Part shown: positions 45,309 to 53,293 of the stretch, one piece after another
Layout of the letters: every line of letters starts with the position of its first letter
Numbering within the stretch: position 1 is the first letter of the stretch
NCBI GenBank assembly: GCA_040902485.1
Contig: JBBDXF010000019.1
Location: 6,076 to 70,075, forward strand
DNA from: Myxococcota bacterium
GTDB lineage: Bacteria > Myxococcota_A > UBA9160 > SZUA-336
DNA length: 64,000 nt
Direction of reading: 5' to 3'
Position numbers and translations under genes: made by a program
Notes under the pieces: generated by a model
What the model was told of the DNA's origin: nothing
The model's input: the letters and a program-made list of their open reading frames with translations, nothing else
The model's database searches: none

Positions 45309-46465
45309 GGGTGCGCCCCGTGCTCGCGTTCGCCCCCCGCGGCCGCACCGCGCAGGCGACTCTCGGAGTCGAGCAGGAACTGCGCGCGAGTCACGACCAG
45401 GTCGCCCTCGCGGAGTCCCTCGAGCACCTGGACGCGGCCACGCGCGCGCGCGCCGAGCCGCACCGCGCGCGCCTCGAAGCGGCCCTCGCCGACGCGAACG
45501 AAGACGAGCTGCCGCGCGCCGGTGTCCAGCACGGCGTCCGCTGGCACGGTCAGCTCGGGCTCGAGCGGAATCTCGAGCTTCACGGTCCCGTAGGCGCCGG
45601 GGCGCAGACGCCGCTCCTCGTTGGGCAGCTCGAGCCGGACCTTCACCGTGCGCGTGTCCGGGTCGACGGTCGGATCGATGAACGCGACGCTGGCCGCGAA
45701 CTCGAGCGGCGAGCCTTCCGCTCCCACCGGGCTGAAGCGCGCCGTCTGACCGACTTGCACGTACGGCACCTCGTACTCGTAGAGATCCGCGAGCACCCAG
45801 ACGCGCGACAGATCCGCGATGGTGTAGAGGTCCATCGGCGGCTCCACGTACATCCCCGGCAGCACCATCTTCTCGATCACCGTGCCGGAGCGCGGCGCGC
45901 GCACGCTGAGCGTGCGCAGCACGCGGCCATCCTTCTCGATCCGCGCGATCGCGTCGTCGGCGATGTCGTAGAAGCGCAGCTTCGTGCGCGCCGTCTCGAG
46001 CAACGCCTCGGCGGACGCGCGCTCGCCCGCGCGCCCCGAGCCCGAGGCCGCGGTCGCGCGCGTATGCGCCACGATCAGCTCTTGCTGTGACGTGACCAGA
46101 TCGGGGCTGTAGACGGAGAACAGCGGATCCCCGCGCTTCACCTCCTGGCCGACGTACGAGACGAAGAACTCCTGGATCCAGCCCTCCCACTTCACGTGCA
46201 CGTGCGACTCGCGTGTCTCGTCCGTTCGCACCACGCCGACCGTCCGCACGTCGCGTGTGAGCGGCTCGCGCCGCGCGGGCTCGATTCGGACGCCGAAGAG
46301 CTGCACGCGTTCGGCGTCGAGCTCGACGGGTGCGTAGCCCTCGGGCGAGTCACCGGTCTGCACGTGCTCGCGCGCCGCAGGCTGCGCAGTCGTCTCGCGA
46401 TCGCGACAGGACGCGAGCGTGAGCGCTGCGAGCGCGACGACGAGCGCGGCACGCGTCGCCTTCAC
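45305..46465 (-). CDS. cusB: Efflux RND periplasmic adaptor (membrane fusion protein)
   Basis: The GTG at 46465 gives (V)KATRAALVVALAALTLASC (lipobox). Beta-barrel and lipoyl-like MFP pattern: LFSVYSPDL...VRAPRSGTVIEK. GTGA overlaps on both sides. Confidence 0.85.
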   Translation of the reverse strand: MKATRAALVVALAALTLASCRDRETTAQPAAREHVQTGDSPEGYAPVELDAERVQLFGVRIEPARREPLTRDVRTVGVVRTDETRESHVHVKWEGWIQEFFVSYVGQEVKRGDPLFSVYSPDLVTSQQELIVAHTRATAASGSGRAGERASAEALLETARTKLRFYDIADDAIARIEKDGRVLRTLSVRAPRSGTVIEKMVLPGMYVEPPMDLYTIADLSRVWVLADLYEYEVPYVQVGQTARFSPVGAEGSPLEFAASVAFIDPTVDPDTRTVKVRLELPNEERRLRPGAYGTVKLEIPLEPELTVPADAVLDTGARQLVFVRVGEGRFEARAVRLGARARGRVQVLEGLREGDLVVTRAQFLLDSESRLRGAAAGGEREHGAHP

Positions 46466-47775
46466 GGAGTCCCTCCTGCCAGCGATTCGAAGTCGAGCGC
46501 GCAGACCGCCTCGAGCGACGCCACCGCCGTCGCTCGCGTTGCTCGGAGCTCGGCGGCCGCGAGTTCCAGCTCGAGCAGGCTTCGCTGGGCGTCCAGGAGC
46601 TCGAGGAAGGCGGCACCGCCTGTCGCGTACGTCATCTCCGTTGTGGTCACGACGTCGCGCGCGCGCGGCAGCAGCACGTCGCGGAACAGCGCGAGCTGCC
46701 GGTCGCTGTCGCGCGCGAGGAACAGCTCGAGCGCGATGCGAGCGCCGAGCTCGTCCTTGCGCGCGCGCAAGGCTGCTTCCGCGGAGCGCTGCGCCGCGCG
46801 AGACTCGGCGATCCCCGCGCGAATCCGCGCGAACTGCAGCGGCACGTTGATCATCCCCATCAGCGATCGATCCATCGAGCCGGGCACGTCGAGACCGATC
46901 GACAGATCGGGCACGTAGGCGAGCCGCGCGAGCTCCACCGCGTTCTTGCGGCCGCGCGCCTCGGCGGCCAGCGCAGCGAGCTCCGGATTGCGCTCCGCCG
47001 CCAGCGCGAGGATGGTCGCGTCGTCGGGCAGATGCGGCTCGCGCGCCGCAGGCGCCGGGCGCAGCGGCGCGTCGGCCGGCCGGGAGAGCAGCGCGTTCTG
47101 CGCCGCCAACGCGGAGCCGCGTCGCGCCCGCAAGGTCTCTAGCTCGTTCTCCGCGCTCGCCACCTCGAGCTCGGCCTTGCTCGCATCGGACTGCGGCGCA
47201 CGGCCGACCGCGACGAGCTCGAGAGTCACCGACGCGAACTGCTGCAAGAGCGCGAGATTCTCTTCGCCGATCTCGGTGCCGCGATCGACGACCCACAGCT
47301 CGTACCAGGCGGCCACCACCTCGGCTTGGAGCGAGAACTTCCGATCCTCGAGGCGGTGCCGGGCGGCGACCGCGTCCGCCAGCGCCACCTCGCCGGCGCG
47401 CGTCAGCTTTGCCGGGTAGGGAATCATCTGCGACCCGCCGAGCGTGGTCCGGTCCCAGCGGCCCATGCGCTCGGACGCGAAGAGATACTCGAACGAAAGT
47501 GACGGATCGGGAAGCGAGCTCTCCTGGGGAACGCGCTCGAGCGCGGCGGCCCATTCGAAGTAGCTCATCTCGAGCTCCGCGTTGGAGCGGAAGGCGTACG
47601 CCAGCACGTCGTCGAGCGGCGCACCCTCCGGGAGCGCCGGTAGCTCCCGTGTTTCGTGCCGGGTCGAGAACACCTCGCCCGCGCGCTCGACGCGCGCGCG
47701 CTCGTCCTTCGTCTCGGCGGGCGCGAATACCGCGCACCCGCAGAGGGCGGTGAGAAGGACCAGCTCTCGCCTCAC
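46462..47775 (-). CDS. cusC: TolC-family outer-membrane efflux factor (lipoprotein)
   Basis: MRRELVLLTALCGC lipobox and duplicated OEP helical repeats. It is the first gene of the cusCBA-ordered operon. Confidence 0.85.
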   Translation of the reverse strand: MRRELVLLTALCGCAVFAPAETKDERARVERAGEVFSTRHETRELPALPEGAPLDDVLAYAFRSNAELEMSYFEWAAALERVPQESSLPDPSLSFEYLFASERMGRWDRTTLGGSQMIPYPAKLTRAGEVALADAVAARHRLEDRKFSLQAEVVAAWYELWVVDRGTEIGEENLALLQQFASVTLELVAVGRAPQSDASKAELEVASAENELETLRARRGSALAAQNALLSRPADAPLRPAPAAREPHLPDDATILALAAERNPELAALAAEARGRKNAVELARLAYVPDLSIGLDVPGSMDRSLMGMINVPLQFARIRAGIAESRAAQRSAEAALRARKDELGARIALELFLARDSDRQLALFRDVLLPRARDVVTTTEMTYATGGAAFLELLDAQRSLLELELAAAELRATRATAVASLEAVCALDFESLAGGTP

Positions 47776-47805
47776 GTCAGGGGACTACGGGCGTTCCCGG
47801 ACGAA

Positions 47806-47826
47806 GTGACGAAGGTTCTTCGTCAC
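47806..47826. promoter_or_regulatory. Perfect 9-bp-arm inverted repeat GTGACGAAG-GTT-CTTCGTCAC in the cusC / small-protein divergent intergenic region
   Basis: Read from the sequence. It is preceded by a partial direct copy (GACGAAG at 47800-47806) and lies 31-51 nt upstream of the cusC start on the minus strand. Confidence 0.35.
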
Positions 47827-47916
47827 CTCCTTGCGAGGAACCCCGTAGTACTCGGCGAGTTCGTGCGCGGCGCGCAGTGCGCCGGCGCGGTCGGCCATGC
47901 CAACAAGGAGATCCCG

Positions 47917-48255
47917 ATGATGAAGCGCACCGCCACGGCCCTGCTCGCTTGCGCCCTGTTCGTTCAACCCGGCCTCGCAGCTGCGGCCGAGTCCCACTCG
48001 CTCGAACAGCTCGTGATCGAGATGGCCGACACGCCCGCGGACCACGCCGCGCTCGCCAAGCACTTCCAGGCCAAGGCCGCCGACGCGCGAGCCGCGGCGG
48101 CCGAGCACGAGGCCATGGCGAAGTCCTATGCCGCGGGCAAGCTCGCCGAGCGCGTCCAGATGCAGGACCACTGCAAGAAGCTCTCGGTGCAGTACAACGC
48201 GCTGGCCGCCCAGTACGACGATCTCGCGAAGCTCGAGGAGGCCGCGTCGAAGTAG
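47917..48255 (+). CDS. Small secreted all-helical hypothetical protein (112 aa)
   Basis: An internal ATG at 47917 has a strong SD (AAGGAG, 47905-47910). Signal peptide MMKRTATALLACALFVQPGLAAAA. The mature part is A/E/K/H/M-rich and helix-prone. Divergent from cusC. Confidence 0.6.
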   Translation: MMKRTATALLACALFVQPGLAAAAESHSLEQLVIEMADTPADHAALAKHFQAKAADARAAAAEHEAMAKSYAAGKLAERVQMQDHCKKLSVQYNALAAQYDDLAKLEEAASK

Positions 48256-48269
48256 CCGCAGCGTCCGGC

Positions 48270-49568
48270 TCAGGGCACCTGGGACTTGAAGAAGCCGGAG
48301 AGATCCTGACCGGACACCTGCTGCGCGAGTTCCTGGACGCGCGCGGTGGTCACGGTTCCGCCCTCGCGCACCAAGAGCCGCGTGATGTCGTCGATGCCGC
48401 GCGTCTGGTCGGTGGCGTCGCGGATGCGCTGGTCGAGCGCGCGCAGCACCGTGACCGCGCGTGCGGTGCCCGCGCCCGAGACGGACTTGCTGCGCAGGTG
48501 CGCGGCGTCCGCGCCGCGCTTGGCGAGCATCTCGTAGGCGTGCTGGAGCCGTTCGGGTGACATCGTTCCGGAGCGGCCCAGGATCTCGAGCGAGTAGTAC
48601 TCGGCCAGGCCCTCGATCGCCCAGTCGCCGTCGGAGCCGGGCGAGAGCCGCAGCGCGGTGTGCACGACCTCGTGCAGGATGGGGCTCGTGCCGTCCTCGG
48701 TGATCAGCGGCCGGTGCGCGTGCAGGAACAGCGAGCCCGGACCCGAGAGCCCGCCGCGCCACATCGGGTCGCCGGCCGAGACGACCAGCAGCCGATCGGG
48801 CAGCGACTGGAACGCCTCGCGCAGCGACGGCAGCGTCCAGCGCAAGAGCGCGAGCACGTCCTGACGGTGCACGCCCGCGCCGCGCGGACCGACGATCGCG
48901 ACGCGCACGCCGGCGACCTCTTCGCGAATCGCGCCGAGCACGCCCGCGATCATCCAGCCCGTGGGCCGATCGAAGCGGCGCCGCGGGTGCTCGACGCGGT
49001 ACAGCCCGCCGCGCAGCTTCGCGTACGGCGTCGCCATGCTCCAGCCCTCGGGCAGACGCATGCGCAGGCGCGTGCGGGAACGCGCGCCGTCCTCGCTCAG
49101 CACGCGCGCCTGCGGCACCAGATCCTCGCCGCGGTAGATCGCCCAGGTCTTCGCGCAGCGCGCGTCGTAGCGGCGCGCGTCGCGCAGGTGGTCGATCCGG
49201 AACACGTAGTGGAGCTGGCCGCCCGTGCGCGGCGGGATCCAGGTCACGTGCGCGCCCTCGACGACCACGCTGCCGTCGCCGCGGAAGAGCAGGTGGCGCT
49301 GCGGATCGATGCGGAAGCGCAGCCGCTTCACGTTCTGCGCGCCGCGCCCGAGCTCGAGCGTGACGTGCGCCGCGCGCTCGGTCGGCACGATCCGCGCGGT
49401 GACGGTGAAGTCGTAGATCCGCGGCTTGTGCACGGCCGGCGGGGTCTCGGCGGGGCTCTGCAGCGGGGGCTGCGCGGGCGGCTTCGCCGGCGCCTGCGCC
49501 CGGGCGGTCGCGACACCGACGAGCGACGCGGCGCAGACCAGCACCAGTGCGGGCGCGAGCCGCCTCAC
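48270..49568 (-). CDS. Secreted putative zinc metallopeptidase (HExxH...E, MA-clan-like)
   Basis: The GTG at 49568 forms a GTGA overlap with the ATP-grasp stop. Signal-like N-terminus (V)RRLAPALVLVCAASLVGVATARAQA. Motif ILHEVVHTALRLSPGSDGDWAIEGLAEYY. Confidence 0.62.
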   Translation of the reverse strand: MRRLAPALVLVCAASLVGVATARAQAPAKPPAQPPLQSPAETPPAVHKPRIYDFTVTARIVPTERAAHVTLELGRGAQNVKRLRFRIDPQRHLLFRGDGSVVVEGAHVTWIPPRTGGQLHYVFRIDHLRDARRYDARCAKTWAIYRGEDLVPQARVLSEDGARSRTRLRMRLPEGWSMATPYAKLRGGLYRVEHPRRRFDRPTGWMIAGVLGAIREEVAGVRVAIVGPRGAGVHRQDVLALLRWTLPSLREAFQSLPDRLLVVSAGDPMWRGGLSGPGSLFLHAHRPLITEDGTSPILHEVVHTALRLSPGSDGDWAIEGLAEYYSLEILGRSGTMSPERLQHAYEMLAKRGADAAHLRSKSVSGAGTARAVTVLRALDQRIRDATDQTRGIDDITRLLVREGGTVTTARVQELAQQVSGQDLSGFFKSQVP

Positions 49569-50527
49569 GCGAGCGCTCCCTCGCGCGCGAGCCGCGCGAT
49601 CTCGCCGCCGAGCGCGATCCGCTCGGGCCATTCCAGCCCCGGCCGCACGCGTTCGTCCACCGCCTGGAGCCGCGGCACCAGCCCCGCGCGGTTCGCGACC
49701 TGGATCGCCAGACCCGGCCGCGCGTTCAGCTCCAGGACCAGCGGGCCGTGGTGCGCGTCGATCACGACGTCCGCGCCGACGTAGCCGAGCTCGGTCTGAT
49801 CGGTGGCGCGCACCGCGATCTCGAGCGCGCGCGCGAACTCGGGGATCGGCCGGCCCACCACCGCTTCCTGCGTATCCGGGTGCACGGGCACCGGCTTGCC
49901 GTCGAGCACGGCGTGGTTGGTGCAGCCGGTATCCAGCTCGATGCCCGCGCCCACCGCGCCCTGGTGCAGGTTCGCGCGCCCGCGCGAGCGCCGCGTGGGC
50001 AGGCGCGTCATCGACATCACCGGCACCCCGCGGTAGACGATCACGCGCACGTCGGGCACGCCCTCGGTCGTGATCGCGGCCAGCTCGGGATGGACCTCGA
50101 GGCGCTCCTCGGCGAACGCGACGTCGGGCTGTCCGCCCAGCGCGTACGCGCCCGAGATGATGCTTGCCGAGTGGTAGAACAGCGCGCGCCGGTCGATCCA
50201 GCGCCCGCCCGGCCGCCGGAACCAGTCGCCGTCGCGCTCGAACACGACCAGGATCCCGTTGCCCATCGCGCCGTGCGCGGGCTTGATCACGAACGACGAG
50301 TACGAGTCGAGCTCCTGCAGCATGCGGCGCACCTCGGAATGCACGCGCGCGACCGCCAGCACCGGCGCGGTCGGGATGCCCGCTTCGCGCAGCAGGCGCT
50401 TGGTCTCGAGCTTGTCGTCCACGCGCGGATAGAGACGGCGCGGGTTCCAGTACAGTGTGTACACCGCATTGCGTCGATTCATGCCGAGCACCCCGGCTGC
50501 GCGCAGTCGGCCGACGAACGACGTCAC
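49565..50527 (-). CDS. ATP-grasp amidoligase, alpha-L-glutamate-ligase-like (RimK-related)
   Basis: The GTG at 50527 forms a GTGA overlap with the upstream stop. GVLGMNRRNAVYTLYWNPRRLYPRVDDKLETKRLL...FVIKPAHGAMGNGI...VRVIVYRGVPVMSMTRLPT..SRGRANLHQGAVG...GADVVID...GPLVLELNARPGL. Confidence 0.85.
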   Translation of the reverse strand: MTSFVGRLRAAGVLGMNRRNAVYTLYWNPRRLYPRVDDKLETKRLLREAGIPTAPVLAVARVHSEVRRMLQELDSYSSFVIKPAHGAMGNGILVVFERDGDWFRRPGGRWIDRRALFYHSASIISGAYALGGQPDVAFAEERLEVHPELAAITTEGVPDVRVIVYRGVPVMSMTRLPTRRSRGRANLHQGAVGAGIELDTGCTNHAVLDGKPVPVHPDTQEAVVGRPIPEFARALEIAVRATDQTELGYVGADVVIDAHHGPLVLELNARPGLAIQVANRAGLVPRLQAVDERVRPGLEWPERIALGGEIARLAREGALA

Positions 50528-52104
50528 AGGCCGGCCTCGTCCTGCGGCCGCGTGAACGAGCGGAAGCGCCACAGCTCCGCGAGCCGGTAGCCAGTGTAGC
50601 CGCCGATCGCGACCAACAGGCCCATGGTCGAGATCACGAGCTCGGGGAAGCCGAACATCAGGTGGTCGAGCGCTTCGAGGCGGAACGCGGGGTAGATGCA
50701 CATCGCGATCAGCGTCGACGAGGCGAGCCTTCGCACCGCCGCGCCCAGACCCTCTTCGGCAGAGGTGATCGAGAAGCGCTCGATCAGCATGGTCAGGATC
50801 ACGACCGGGAACAGCACGCTCGCGAACAGGTCCTTCACCTCGTAGGTGCGGCCGAACAGCGACTGCGCGGTGATCGCGAGCACGACCACGCACAGCAGCA
50901 CGCCGAGCCGCGGCACCAACAAGAGCTGCAGCCGGTCGAGGAAGAGCCGCGACACGATGCCGAGCGCGATCACCGAGCCGACCAGCGAGAGCCCGAGCGA
51001 GAGCGAGAGCTCGCGCAGCGCGAGCGCGATCAAGAGCGGCATGAACGTGCCGAACGTGCGCAGGCCCACCAGGTTCCGGAAGATCGAGATGATCAGCGCG
51101 CCGACCGGCAGGATCAGCAAGATGCGCAGCGCGGCCTGCGAGCCGACCGGCAGCCGGTACAGCGACACGGCGGCGAGCAGCGGATTCGAAGGCACCATGA
51201 ACGACGCGACTTCGCGCGCGTCGAGTGACTCGCGCAGCACGCGGTAGCGCGACGAGATCGCGTCGAGCCCGGTCTCCTCGATCAGCGTGGCGCCGCCGTA
51301 CTTGAGCAGCAGCAGATCGGGAGGCCGCGCGCCGAAGAAGCCGAGCGTGGGCGAGAGCGGCAGCCAGCCGCCGCCGACCCAGCCCTCGACCCAGACGGTC
51401 TCTCGCGCCTCCTTCTCGGCCCGCAGCCGCAAGCCCGCCGCGAGCCGCGCGGGAAATCCCGCCGCGCGCAGCAGCGCCACCAGCAGACGCGATTTGCCGA
51501 GCGGGCTGCCCTCGCCGGACGAGAACGTGAGCAGCGCGTCGTCGCTGCCGGTCGCGATCGTCAGGACCTCGTCGGTCGCGTAGCCGAGCAGCGTGCGCAT
51601 CTGCCCGAGCGGATCGTTGGGCGCGGGCGGCGCGATGCTCGAGACCAGCTCGCGGATCTCCGGGGCCTCCGACGGGAAGCGCGACGTCGACCGGCTGTAG
51701 GTCTCGACGATGTCTTTCGGCGGCTTCTGTCCGAGCTCGCTCGGCAGCTCGGGAGGCGTGTCGACGAGCTGCACGCGGAAGCCGTGCGAGATGCTGTGCA
51801 CGCCGTCGAAGCGCCCGCTCCATACGCCCGTGCGCTGGCCGCGCCCGGTGCGGATCGTGAAGACCAGCCGGTCCGACGTCTGCCGCTCGTCGAAGACCTC
51901 CTGGCCCGCGTCTGCGCTCGGCAGCGCGGCGCGCACGCTGCCGCGCTGGCCCGAGCCGCGCGCCTCGACCTCGAGCTCCACGCGCCACAGATTCTCGACG
52001 TCGGACGGCAGCACCGGAAGCTGCAGCACGAGTGTCTTCCAGGCGAAGATCGACAGACCCAGCGCCACGAGCACGCTGCCCGTAACGGCGGCCGCGCGGT
52101 TCAA
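50524..52104 (-). CDS. Transglutaminase-like (predicted inactive) periplasmic domain fused to a 7-TM module
   Basis: N-terminal TM anchor, then a ~300-aa domain with a TGase-core-like segment (GEGSPLGKSRLLVALLRAAGFPARL...WVEGWVGGGWLPLSP) that contains no Cys at all. About 7 hydrophobic helices follow (ILLILPVGALIISIF ... LLVAIGGYTGY). Confidence 0.8.
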   Translation of the reverse strand: MNRAAAVTGSVLVALGLSIFAWKTLVLQLPVLPSDVENLWRVELEVEARGSGQRGSVRAALPSADAGQEVFDERQTSDRLVFTIRTGRGQRTGVWSGRFDGVHSISHGFRVQLVDTPPELPSELGQKPPKDIVETYSRSTSRFPSEAPEIRELVSSIAPPAPNDPLGQMRTLLGYATDEVLTIATGSDDALLTFSSGEGSPLGKSRLLVALLRAAGFPARLAAGLRLRAEKEARETVWVEGWVGGGWLPLSPTLGFFGARPPDLLLLKYGGATLIEETGLDAISSRYRVLRESLDAREVASFMVPSNPLLAAVSLYRLPVGSQAALRILLILPVGALIISIFRNLVGLRTFGTFMPLLIALALRELSLSLGLSLVGSVIALGIVSRLFLDRLQLLLVPRLGVLLCVVVLAITAQSLFGRTYEVKDLFASVLFPVVILTMLIERFSITSAEEGLGAAVRRLASSTLIAMCIYPAFRLEALDHLMFGFPELVISTMGLLVAIGGYTGYRLAELWRFRSFTRPQDEAGL

Positions 52105-52119
52105 GCGGAGACTCCCGTG

Positions 52120-53235
52120 CTAATCGGGCCGCTCCTCGAGCTCGGACCGCCCGGGCTCGGCGCCCTCGTCGACGCTCGGCAGTGCGGCGGCGGGCACCAC
52201 CGCGCCGTCCTCCATCGGCTCGTCGGTGGCGATGTGGAAGGCCGCGAAGCCGGGCATCACCAGCTGATCGAGCGCGACACCGATCACGCGACCCTCGTGC
52301 GTGGCGCGGATGGTCGACTTCTCGTTCGAGATCGGGTCGAAGATCGTGCCGAGCACCTGGTTGGCCTTGACCGTGTCGCCGAGCTTCGCGCGCGCCTTCA
52401 GGATTCCGCCGTCGTCCGCGCGGATCCAACGCGCGCGGTAGTAGAGCTGGGGCTCGGGTGCGCCGCTGGTCTTCACGAGCCGCATGCCGAGCTGGGCGAG
52501 CATGTGCTCGACGCCGAGCACGCCGCGCTCGATCTCGTCGGACTGGAAGCGCATCGGCTCGCCGGCCTCGTAGGTGATCGCGGGAATGCCGGCCTCGCTC
52601 GCGGCTCGCCGCAGCGTGCCCGCGCGGCCCTCGTTGTGGATCGCGATCTCGCTGCCGAACGCGCGCGCGAGCCGCAGCACTTCGGGGCGGCGCAGGTCGC
52701 CGCGTACCTGCGGGAGATTCGTGCGGTGAAACGAGCCCGAGTGCACGTCGACCAGCGCGTCGCACTGGCGCACCACCTTCTCGAACACCGAGTAGGCGAG
52801 CCGCGACGCGCTGCTGCCGCGCGGCCGTCCCGGAAAGAAGCGGTTCAGGTCGCGGCGATCCGGCATGTAGCGCGAGCTGCGCCGGAACGCGGCCAGGTTC
52901 ACGATCGGAATGCCGACCAGCGTCCCCGCAAGCGTGTCGGGCTTGGCGCGGTCGAGCGACCGCCGCACCACCTCGATGCCGTTCAGCTCGTCGCCGTGGA
53001 TGCCGGCCGTGAGGCACAGCACCGGTCCGACCTGCGCGCCCGCGACCACGATCACCGGGGTCGACGCGTCCTCGCCGACGAAGGTCTCCGAGACGGGCAA
53101 CGCCAGGCGCCGCTGGTCGCCCGGCGCGATCGGCTGGCCGAGCAGCTCGAGCGCCTGCGCGCGCGCCTGCGCGGCGCCGAGCGCCAGGCTCCCGAGCGCG
53201 AGAGCAGCGAAGCGTCGGACGGTGTTGGGCCCCAT
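52120..53235 (-). CDS. Succinylglutamate desuccinylase/aspartoacylase (AstE/AspA, M14-like Zn hydrolase) family protein with a predicted signal peptide
   Basis: An internal ATG 53235 gives MGPNTVRRFAALALGSLALGAAQARAQA. Zn and catalytic motifs AGIHGDELNG, DLNRFFPG and VDVHSG. C-terminal hybrid-barrel-like GGILKARAKLGDTVKANQVLG. Confidence 0.85.
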   Translation of the reverse strand: MGPNTVRRFAALALGSLALGAAQARAQALELLGQPIAPGDQRRLALPVSETFVGEDASTPVIVVAGAQVGPVLCLTAGIHGDELNGIEVVRRSLDRAKPDTLAGTLVGIPIVNLAAFRRSSRYMPDRRDLNRFFPGRPRGSSASRLAYSVFEKVVRQCDALVDVHSGSFHRTNLPQVRGDLRRPEVLRLARAFGSEIAIHNEGRAGTLRRAASEAGIPAITYEAGEPMRFQSDEIERGVLGVEHMLAQLGMRLVKTSGAPEPQLYYRARWIRADDGGILKARAKLGDTVKANQVLGTIFDPISNEKSTIRATHEGRVIGVALDQLVMPGFAAFHIATDEPMEDGAVVPAAALPSVDEGAEPGRSELEERPD

Positions 53236-53293
53236 TTCGCGAGGCGGATTCCAGCCCACTTTCGCGGCCGCCGCCAGATCCGTGCGCGTCCCC

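Noticed and set aside
45309-47737. N-terminal extensions of the cusA (to 46190) and cusB (to 47737) track ORFs
   Set aside because: The extensions are R/G/A-rich and overlap the upstream genes in another frame. The conserved CusA N-terminus and the CusB lipobox start at the GTGA-overlap GTG codons.
50528-53017. Upstream 830 codons of the 1150-aa ORF 49565..53017
   Set aside because: Only the last 320 codons encode the ATP-grasp. The remainder overlaps, out of frame, the 7TM and AstE-like genes, which have clear motifs.
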